24,235 nucleotides of DNA, from positions 1 to 24,235 of IMG/VR virus record IMGVR_UViG_3300030330_000465; one strand, 5' to 3'. A program made the translations under genes and the position numbers. Shown here piece by piece: positions 17,231 through 24,235 of this stretch (its first letter is position 1; each line of letters opens with the position of its first letter). The stretch is from a virus (taxonomy: Duplodnaviria; Caudoviricetes). The notes under the pieces are model-generated. The model saw only the letters and a program-made list of their open reading frames with translations, was not told the DNA's origin and did not search any database.

Positions 17231-17559
17231 TAGTCTCTATTTATCTCCAATATTGATGCAATAACATGTAATTCATTTGCATCTGATGCTTGTGCTTTTA
17301 ATATTTCATTCTCTTCTAAAACAAGAGGATGAGTTAATAGTTCAGTTGTTGCTTTTGATGCTATGGCTTTGTCTTTAAACAAATTAAATACTGCAGATGC
17401 AGCATTTGTTATTGTAAAAGTTACATTACATCCTGATCCAGCGTCTTCTGATACCAATAAACTTTTGATTATAGCTCTAGAATCTGCCGGTGTTGTATAT
17501 ATTGTAGTGTTATCTGTAGTAGTTAAATCTACTAATTCGTTTTTGTATATATTAGCCAC
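17230..17559 (-). CDS. Small beta-rich virion protein (109 aa)
   Basis: GTG start overlapping the upstream stop; TTIYTTP...IIKSLLVSED...PLVLEENEILK pattern typical of small podovirus structural proteins. Confidence 0.8.
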   Translation of the reverse strand: MANIYKNELVDLTTTDNTTIYTTPADSRAIIKSLLVSEDAGSGCNVTFTITNAASAVFNLFKDKAIASKATTELLTHPLVLEENEILKAQASDANELHVIASILEINRD

Positions 17560-17719
17560 TTATAAACCAAGAAAATCTTTCTTGCTCCTGTTTTGTTTCA
17601 TTTAAATATGTAGAATTTAATTGTTCTACTACTAAAGAAATAGTTCTATTTATTTGTTTCTGGTTAGAAACATTATATTCTTCTTTTGGTTCTGGTATTC
17701 TAACATTAATCTTTGCCAT
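17552..17719 (-). CDS. Small protein missed by the ORF track (55 aa, MAKINVRIPEPKEEY...QERFSWFISG)
   Basis: Translated by hand; spans the gap between neighbours and overlaps both (14 nt and 8 nt). Confidence 0.8.
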   Translation of the reverse strand: MAKINVRIPEPKEEYNVSNQKQINRTISLVVEQLNSTYLNETKQEQERFSWFISG

Positions 17720-19085
17720 ATTTACCCACTAAATAACAAATTGGTTCTAATACTTTTCTATATATTCTACCTAACAAGTGAACCTTGTTTCTTGATTCCT
17801 GTCGTATGTCTATTGTTCTATGAACTGCAATGTGTTCTAATACTTTTTTAAGAATATAATTTTTCTTAGATAGTTTTACTAATGGTAAAAATATTTTATG
17901 GTAACCTCTTTGATACTCAGGTGCTAATCCTTTTGAGTGTCTTAACCAAATTTTATTTCTAAATGATCCAAAGCCATAAGACTCGTTCATCATGGTGCAG
18001 ACAATCTTGCCGGTGTCTCTATCGTCTTCTGTTTCAGCGTCATAAGTAGATACTTTCGGAGTGTCTTTTGTTATAATTTGTCCTCTATCATCAGGATCTC
18101 CACTAGATCCTCTATCAATTATGCTTTCCCTATTAGAATCATTTAATCCACCGCCTGGTAAATCATCTCCACCACCTCTATTAATTATTTCTCGGTCTTT
18201 TGCTCGTTCAATTGCCCTAGCTGCAGCAGCTGGAGAAATACCTAATCCAAACTCTCCAAAACCACCTTGATCTACAAAACCCCCACCTGGTTTAAAAGAA
18301 CCAATTCCAAGACCCATGTCAGGTCCTTCATTATCTCCAAATATAATTGGAGCAGTAACCTTATCTGAAACTATTGATTTTTTACCACCCACTATATCCA
18401 CGTCACCAATTTTATCAGAGTCATCATCAGTAAAAAAGTATGGATCTCCATCTGGGCCTGTTCTTTTTTTATTTTCTTCTACCACTTTTCCGTAAAATTC
18501 TAATCTTGCTTCATCAAAGTTTGATAATTTTTTACCTGCTGCTTTTTTAGCTTCTAATTCTCTAACAGTCTTATCTGCGTAAGCTGGATAATTACCAAAA
18601 GCAGATATTGTATTTATACCAAAAGGGTCTTGCCCTGTTAGATTACCAGCTCTCATTTGATCATAATATCCATATGGATCTCCTCCTAAAGCTTGCACTG
18701 AAAAAGATTTACTCATAGGATCTGATGGCATTGGATCTCTTTGAAGCATACTGCCTCCAGGTAAAAATCTAAATAAACCGCTTAAAAGTCCTTTGACCCC
18801 TTTATTTTGATCTTCCAAATAGTCTTCATAGTCTTGATATTCACCTGTATATAATTTTTCTAAAGTTTCTCTAGCTTCAGGGGGTCTATAAAATTTTTCA
18901 ATACCACTATCTCTTTCACCTCCGGAACTCATGGCAGTTGCAATTGCAGTGGGTGTTATTACAGGAGTTGTTTCAGTTTCATCTACAGGTGGTGGCGTAG
19001 TGGTGGATCTATCGTACGTAAATGTTTTAGGTAAATTACGCCTATTTAAATATTCTTGTACTAATTCAAATAAAGTTTTTGCCAT
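17706..19085 (-). CDS. Low-complexity Gly/Asp-rich virion-module protein with a distinct basic C-terminal domain starting GKIVCT
   Basis: 459-aa ORF, TAATG-coupled; acidic, apparently disordered body followed by about 100 aa of basic helical sequence. Confidence 0.8.
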   Translation of the reverse strand: MAKTLFELVQEYLNRRNLPKTFTYDRSTTTPPPVDETETTPVITPTAIATAMSSGGERDSGIEKFYRPPEARETLEKLYTGEYQDYEDYLEDQNKGVKGLLSGLFRFLPGGSMLQRDPMPSDPMSKSFSVQALGGDPYGYYDQMRAGNLTGQDPFGINTISAFGNYPAYADKTVRELEAKKAAGKKLSNFDEARLEFYGKVVEENKKRTGPDGDPYFFTDDDSDKIGDVDIVGGKKSIVSDKVTAPIIFGDNEGPDMGLGIGSFKPGGGFVDQGGFGEFGLGISPAAAARAIERAKDREIINRGGGDDLPGGGLNDSNRESIIDRGSSGDPDDRGQIITKDTPKVSTYDAETEDDRDTGKIVCTMMNESYGFGSFRNKIWLRHSKGLAPEYQRGYHKIFLPLVKLSKKNYILKKVLEHIAVHRTIDIRQESRNKVHLLGRIYRKVLEPICYLVGKYGKD

Positions 19086-21298
19086 TATCTTCTTCCATCC
19101 GGTTGTATATCTAGCTTAAATGTTCCAAATCTCCATTCTTCGCCATTAGAATCGTTTTCTATCTTGAAGTTAACGAAACGACCCCTTGCTCTTGTATCCT
19201 TTTTATCAGTAGATGAGTCTATTGTAAAGGGACTCAAACTAGTGCTTGTATCTGATTGCTGCGGATATCTTTTTACAGCCAACGTAACTTTAGCATTACC
19301 AGCCAAAGTTTTAAAATCAGGAACAAAACGTCTTACAGCTAAAAAAACTTCACCTGCAATACTTGGTCCTGACGATCTCCCTCTTGCATCTTTTTGTCTT
19401 TGTTGTAGGTCAAAATCAAAAGATTTAATAAAAGATGGTACTATTGTTGTTGAACCATCTTCATTAACTTGATCTGTTCCTATCTCATGTTCAAAATATT
19501 TTGTCTGTCCTAAACCATCTTGGCCTACAACAACAGGAAAAGTTCCATCGGCTGTGCTAATATATTTTGTAGCATAAGGTGCTGGATATATGGTTCCATC
19601 CATCCAACTAGTTCTAGCTTCTGTGCCTGTATACCAACAGTTTTCACCATAGTTAAACACCACATATTTATTATTAAAATCAGAGCTTGATGATGGATAA
19701 TACCAAGTTACTTCTGTAAATAAATTATTTAAACCAGCAGCAACTTGTTGTCCTTTTGTTGTATCAAAATCATTAAATACAAAATCTTCTACACTACAAG
19801 GTAATGATTTAACTGTACCATCAAATAAAAAGAAACCATTTGGTGACAACCAAAATGCTGATCCATCTATTTCTACGGCTGCATTTTTACCTATCAATCC
19901 ACAGTTTGTACCAACCTGTTCAAAACCAAACGTAAATGGAGATCCAATAAATTTCATAGTATACAACGCATTATCCGTCCATATTAGTATTGTTTCTTTT
20001 GCTTTTAATGCTCCAACTATTCTAGTTCCATCTTGTAGTCTTTGTGAACCTGCTGAATTTATAGAAGTTGCAATATATGTATTTATATCTTCTTGATCTG
20101 AAAATCTTATAAACATATCATCTTGTGTAGTTGTGTCACCAATAGTTGTTTCTGTTCCAAGATGTATTAAGTGTCTAGTTGTTGGTGATATTAATGTAAC
20201 TCTTGATGCAGTAGGATTGTTTCCTGTTGCAAAACCAGATGTTGTAGTTGATGCTCTATTTAATAAAGGTGTTGAGGCTCCAGCATTCCATGTAAATGTT
20301 TTACCATTTGCAATAGTTGCTATAAGAACTTGTCCAAAATTATCTAGGCTCCAGAGGCCTGGTTCTAGAACTACAGTCGATGCATTTACTGCACTACCAA
20401 ATCCAGAAAAGTTTGTAGCATTTGATACTGTTGCACCACTACTATGTGCTTGTCCATTTGATGTACCAAATGTTGCTGTTCCATTTGCACCCCTAGTAAT
20501 ACCTGTAATATCGTTTGAACTTATTCCTGTGTAAGTTATTAGCTCATTACCTACAGCTATAGTTCCACCACCTGTTGGAAAACCTGTAACTGATGTTAAA
20601 GTTATTGCTGTACCGGATCCTCCTGTACCAGCAGTGTCTGCATTAAGAGCACCATTTAAAGTTGTTGTTGCAACTCCAGACACTGTGCCTCCAAAATTAC
20701 CAATACCAAAACCATATCCATAAGACTGAGCTGCAGGGCCAACTTTTTCGTATGGTATAACATCACAAGATCCACCTGATCCAGCACCTGTTGTGGTTTG
20801 TGTTCCTGTAACAATTGCAATTAAAGAAGATGTAACTCTTGTTACTTGAAATAATTTATCTTCAAAAGCAGCATTAGTTAAACCAACACTTGTTGGCACT
20901 GTTACATTGTCTAATAAAATAATGTCACCAGATTCTAAATTATGTGCTGATGAAAAAGTTAATTGTACTTCTTTTGTTGCATCTGAACAAGACATTCCAA
21001 CAGAAGACACAGTAGCTTTTACTGGTGTAACATCGTGAAGTTGTCCTTCAAAATATATAAGTAAAAATTTATCAGAACCTAATGCAACATATCTGTTACC
21101 ATCTAGATCAACAAAAGAGTGTTGTTTTCTAACTACACCAACTATTGAATCTGAAACTAATGATGACCAGCCGCCCACTTTTTCTGGCAAGCCATATCTA
21201 AATCTAACATTATCAGAATCTATCCAACGATTTTCAGCGCCCGCTGAAGTATTTTGTTTGTCTATTCCCGGTCTAAATTTAAACTCAACTAGAGCCAT
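19085..21298 (-). CDS. Tail tube/nozzle protein (P22 gp10 / T7 gp12-like stabilisation protein)
   Basis: 737 aa, beta-rich; NVRFRYGLPEKVGGW, WSLDNFG, FIRFSDQED, QVGTNCGLIG, C-terminal DIQPDGRR; precedes the ejection genes; GGAG SD. Confidence 0.75.
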   Translation of the reverse strand: MALVEFKFRPGIDKQNTSAGAENRWIDSDNVRFRYGLPEKVGGWSSLVSDSIVGVVRKQHSFVDLDGNRYVALGSDKFLLIYFEGQLHDVTPVKATVSSVGMSCSDATKEVQLTFSSAHNLESGDIILLDNVTVPTSVGLTNAAFEDKLFQVTRVTSSLIAIVTGTQTTTGAGSGGSCDVIPYEKVGPAAQSYGYGFGIGNFGGTVSGVATTTLNGALNADTAGTGGSGTAITLTSVTGFPTGGGTIAVGNELITYTGISSNDITGITRGANGTATFGTSNGQAHSSGATVSNATNFSGFGSAVNASTVVLEPGLWSLDNFGQVLIATIANGKTFTWNAGASTPLLNRASTTTSGFATGNNPTASRVTLISPTTRHLIHLGTETTIGDTTTQDDMFIRFSDQEDINTYIATSINSAGSQRLQDGTRIVGALKAKETILIWTDNALYTMKFIGSPFTFGFEQVGTNCGLIGKNAAVEIDGSAFWLSPNGFFLFDGTVKSLPCSVEDFVFNDFDTTKGQQVAAGLNNLFTEVTWYYPSSSSDFNNKYVVFNYGENCWYTGTEARTSWMDGTIYPAPYATKYISTADGTFPVVVGQDGLGQTKYFEHEIGTDQVNEDGSTTIVPSFIKSFDFDLQQRQKDARGRSSGPSIAGEVFLAVRRFVPDFKTLAGNAKVTLAVKRYPQQSDTSTSLSPFTIDSSTDKKDTRARGRFVNFKIENDSNGEEWRFGTFKLDIQPDGRR

Positions 21299-21308
21299 TT
21301 AATTGCTC

Positions 21309-22037
21309 CTATTGATTAGTTGACTTCAATACCCAGCCAACAGTTACATTAGCATAAACAAGAGTTGATGCTTGACCATTAACATTTAAAACTAAGTTAG
21401 AAGTTCCCGCATTTATTTTGTGACTATTTCTATTTATCGTAAGATTGTTTGATGCAAAAAAATTACCACCATCTATTATAGTAAGTTCATCTCCGGTAGC
21501 AGCGGCTGCTGGCAGAGTTATTGTTATAGGGTTAGTATTTGTAATTGCAAAAATTTGTTCTCCGGCTACAGCTGTATAAGCAGTTACACTTGAAGAGTTT
21601 ACTGTTAAATATCCTTTATCTAATAAACCTAAATTTACATTTGTAGCATCTGAATATACTAATACTTTTGATCCTGAAGGAACTGTAACTCCCGTTCCAG
21701 AAACAGTTTTGATAGTCAATGTTTTTATAGTTCCAGAACTTTCTCTTGTTGTTGCGTCTTCAAACACCATAACTCTTTCTGCGCTATCAGGAACTGTTAC
21801 AGTTCTATTCGCAGTTAAAGTTCCAGTAAGTTTAAAATATAAATTTTTACCATTTGATGTTGCCCCATTGTCTAAAGCTAATGCTACATCACTGCTACCA
21901 ACAGCTAATGATAAATATCCTGTAGCAAGTTGCTCTAATATCTGTAAATTAGTATTTGTTATATTACCCCAAAGACCAGCTTTTTCACCGGTTGTGATAA
22001 TCTCTAGTTTTGAATTTGTTGAAAAACTTGATGCCAT
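21309..22037 (-). CDS. Tail fibre/baseplate-associated structural protein
   Basis: Thr/Asn-rich; TGEKAGLWGNITNTNL N-terminus; ITITLP...GDELTIID...NLTINRN module seen in fibre proteins. Confidence 0.7.
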   Translation of the reverse strand: MASSFSTNSKLEIITTGEKAGLWGNITNTNLQILEQLATGYLSLAVGSSDVALALDNGATSNGKNLYFKLTGTLTANRTVTVPDSAERVMVFEDATTRESSGTIKTLTIKTVSGTGVTVPSGSKVLVYSDATNVNLGLLDKGYLTVNSSSVTAYTAVAGEQIFAITNTNPITITLPAAAATGDELTIIDGGNFFASNNLTINRNSHKINAGTSNLVLNVNGQASTLVYANVTVGWVLKSTNQ

Positions 22038-22038
22038 A

Positions 22039-22482
22039 TTAAATCGGGTCTATTTCTACCCAAACACTATTAGTATTTGGATCTATTTCACTCCATGTTA
22101 TTGCCGTTGCATCCTTGACTGTTATAGTCAGAGGTGTTGCATCAGGCGTTACATTTGCCTTACCAATCAGTGTAACACTTCCTGTGTTTAACGTCAATTG
22201 GTTTCCGGTTACAACTGCATTAGCAGCTGCATTAATTACTACACTTCCTGCAGCAAGAGTTAATCCACTTCCCGCAACAGTTACATTAGCTGCAGCGTTA
22301 ATTACCACACTTCCTGTGGCTGCTGTTAAAGGATTTCCTGTTACTTGAACAAGAGCTCCTGCTAATGATGTAGCATTACCTATTGATAATGTTAACGGAT
22401 TACCTGTTACGTTAATTGAAACGTTAGGATCAAATATCGAATCAGATATCGGAAGAGCAGATATAGCATCAAAACCGAGCAT
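22039..22482 (-). CDS. Structural protein built of about 22-aa repeats
   Basis: AAGGAG SD; repeats VTGNPLTLSIG / VTGNPLTAATGSVVINAAAN / VAGSGLTLAAGSVVINAAAN / VTGNQLTLNTGSV. Confidence 0.75.
   Translation of the reverse strand: MLGFDAISALPISDSIFDPNVSINVTGNPLTLSIGNATSLAGALVQVTGNPLTAATGSVVINAAANVTVAGSGLTLAAGSVVINAAANAVVTGNQLTLNTGSVTLIGKANVTPDATPLTITVKDATAITWSEIDPNTNSVWVEIDPI
22150..22410. repeat. Degenerate 66-bp coding tandem repeat (about 4 units)
   Basis: For example TTAATTACTACACTTCCTG and TTAATTACCACACTTCCTG, 66 bp apart. Confidence 0.7.
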
Positions 22483-22501
22483 TTATTAGGCTCCTTTCGG
22501 A

Positions 22502-22738
22502 TTAGGAATTGTTGTTATCAAATTCTTGTTGTAATTGTAAAAGTTTTGCATTTATTTCGGATTCACTTGGTAATTCTGTAACAGGGTTATCAATTAAATT
22601 TCCATCAACACCAATTTTTTTTGTGAGTCTTAAATTAGCATAAATCTTGTTTTTACTATCTGTCCAAGTGAACCATTGATTAGAGTGCATTACTACAAGA
22701 GCATCTTCTATATGATTTGGTCTGTGGTCAAAATCCAT
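22502..22738 (-). CDS. Small tail fibre assembly/chaperone-like protein
   Basis: Directly follows the fibre genes; C-terminal LPSESEINAKLLQLQQEFD helix. Confidence 0.55.
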   Translation of the reverse strand: MDFDHRPNHIEDALVVMHSNQWFTWTDSKNKIYANLRLTKKIGVDGNLIDNPVTELPSESEINAKLLQLQQEFDNNNS

Positions 22739-22739
22739 T

Positions 22740-23333
22740 TTATGTATCTCCTAACCTAATAAAAGTAAAAAAAGTTCTGTTATGGTCGGTGTCTGCTGTT
22801 ACAGTCGTTGTGCTATTAATACTATCAGCTTTAAATCTAACTTTTACATTTGACGTATCTGTTACATCAATTAAAGCAGAAATTTCAGACGCATTTTCAT
22901 GAACAGTAGCACCACCTGAGTCATGCAATCCAGCAGACGCTCTAGCAACAATACTATAACTTGAATTATTTGTAGTAGCTTGAATTTGACTTGTACACAA
23001 ACCATCAATCGTAGCTGATGTTCCAGCTCCTGTATTAACACTTAAATTAAATTTAACTAACCAAATTCCAGTTGATGGAAAAGTAAAAATACCTGAAGAT
23101 TGTGTCATAGCAGAACCTAATGTTCCCATACCACTTGTATCAACTTGTTCTAAATTACTTGCTATTGGATCAGCACCTCCAGTAAAGCTTGTATTTAATC
23201 TCCATTGATCTGCTACTGTAATACCAGCTGTAAAGCTAGTTGCACCTGTACCACCATTAGCCGTTGGCAACGTTCCTGTAACATTGTTTGCTAAATTTAA
23301 TGATTGATTTGGTCCTAGTCTAGTTAATGCCAT
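22740..23333 (-). CDS. Short tail fibre / receptor-binding protein with a C1q-like head
   Basis: VTGTLPTANGGTG fibre motif; SGIFTFPSTGIWLV; C-terminal TFFTFIRLG. Confidence 0.75.
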   Translation of the reverse strand: MALTRLGPNQSLNLANNVTGTLPTANGGTGATSFTAGITVADQWRLNTSFTGGADPIASNLEQVDTSGMGTLGSAMTQSSGIFTFPSTGIWLVKFNLSVNTGAGTSATIDGLCTSQIQATTNNSSYSIVARASAGLHDSGGATVHENASEISALIDVTDTSNVKVRFKADSINSTTTVTADTDHNRTFFTFIRLGDT

Positions 23334-23341
23334 AATTTATC

Positions 23342-23923
23342 CTATTCTATTAATTTATAAACTGTTAAATTTACATTACCATCAGCTAAACCTATTCCTT
23401 CTGAACCATAAACCCAAAGACTGACGGTATCTCCAACTGATAAATCTCTTGCAGTTGAAACAGATATTGCAGCATATCCATAACCAGAGTTTCCTGATTG
23501 TACATTACTATTATAAACTGTGCTTCTTGCAGAATTTGCTATTTGTATAATAGCAAAATCAGAAGTACCATTCAAATCATTTACTCTTGCAGATGCAGAC
23601 ATAAAATATTTTCCAGCTTTTCCACTAGGAACAGTAAAAGTATAGTTAGACGAATTGTCAAAAGCATTATCAGTATCAATTCTTTCTGTGTTTAATGATA
23701 CTTTGTGATAAGAACCTGAAGAAAATGTTGGGTCTGAGCCTGTCAAGTCTACACTAACAATAGGAGTGTTAGCTCCACCAACAGCAGAGCCGTTGTTCTG
23801 TAAAGTTCCTACAATATTTGTAGTGTCACCAGATGCACCGATAGTAATCGTGTTACCACTTTCGTTGATAATGTTATTACCGTCTGCGTCCTGTATCGTG
23901 TCTACTTTTAATATACTTGTCAT
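23342..23923 (-). CDS. Short tail fibre / receptor-binding protein with a C1q-like head
   Basis: MTSILKVDTIQD N-terminus; DTDNAFDNSSNYTFTVPSGKAGKYF; DLSVGDTVSL. Confidence 0.78.
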   Translation of the reverse strand: MTSILKVDTIQDADGNNIINESGNTITIGASGDTTNIVGTLQNNGSAVGGANTPIVSVDLTGSDPTFSSGSYHKVSLNTERIDTDNAFDNSSNYTFTVPSGKAGKYFMSASARVNDLNGTSDFAIIQIANSARSTVYNSNVQSGNSGYGYAAISVSTARDLSVGDTVSLWVYGSEGIGLADGNVNLTVYKLIE

Positions 23924-24234
23924 TATGCTCCTATTTTATATCCATGTAAAAATGTTATACCAGTTGCTCCACCATCAACACTTATTGCTCCACCTGAAAC
24001 TTGATAAGCATAGAGTTCTATAAAATCAGCTGCTGTTAAATCTAAAACTGCTTGCACAGCAAGATTTGATGTTCCATTCTGTCCTTGAAAAGTAGCAACA
24101 GAAGCAGCTAAAGCTCCATTTTTATATATCATAGCTCTACTCTCATCCTCATTTGTTAAATTAACATATCCAACATTTCCTATAATTAAATATTTTCCTG
24201 CCTGTCCTGTTGGTACTGTAAATTTATTTGAAGC
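23923..24234 (-). CDS. C1q-like receptor-binding protein, 5'-truncated by the window edge
   Basis: Frame is open upstream of the listed ATG to the edge: ASNKFTVPTGQAGKYLI...IYKNG...LDLTAADFIELY...FLHGYKIG. Confidence 0.78.
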   Translation of the reverse strand, partial: ASNKFTVPTGQAGKYLIIGNVGYVNLTNEDESRAMIYKNGALAASVATFQGQNGTSNLAVQAVLDLTAADFIELYAYQVSGGAISVDGGATGITFLHGYKIGA

Positions 24235-24235
24235 A

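Noticed and set aside
139-24023. Many short plus-strand ORFs (e.g. 139..423, 2157..2402, 6988..7332, 16693..17043, 20133..20534, 21709..22191)
   Set aside because: They are antisense shadows of well-supported minus-strand genes, with no recognisable motifs.
22740-24235. Diversity-generating retroelement acting on the fibre genes
   Set aside because: No reverse transcriptase and no near-identical repeat pair differing at adenines was seen in this window.
1-24235. tRNA, CRISPR array, integrase/att site or transposon
   Set aside because: Intergenic gaps are all under ~75 bp and show no cloverleaf or repeat-spacer pattern; no ORF has recombinase motifs.

Overview
AT-rich fragment of a tailed dsDNA phage. 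Gene content and style suggest a marine or freshwater podovirus resembling SAR11 pelagiphages; the host and group are inferred, not searched. Nearly all genes lie on the minus strand. The right part (9570-24235) is the end of a morphogenesis operon: tandem C1q-like receptor-binding proteins, tail proteins, a 737-aa tail tube/nozzle protein, several internal-virion (ejection) proteins including a 1340-aa one, and a small holin/XhlA-like gene. One plus-strand SNF2 helicase is transcribed divergently from a replication operon: two hypotheticals, an SSB-like protein, an AEP primase with a Cys-rich PriL-like domain, a UvrD helicase, DUF3310 and a Leu762 family A polymerase, followed by small membrane proteins. 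The strongest unexplained signals are: (1) a membrane-protein ORF overprinted in the gene after polA, with its own AAGGAGG; (2) a Cys-initiated helical C-terminal domain on a disordered virion-module protein that may be autoprocessing; (3) a repeated R-x-x-hydrophobic-x-x-G-G motif across ejection proteins; (4) a shared 14-bp palindrome over the -10 boxes of the early promoters; (5) GC-rich hairpin clusters inside and between coding regions. No tRNA, CRISPR array, integrase or transposase was seen.
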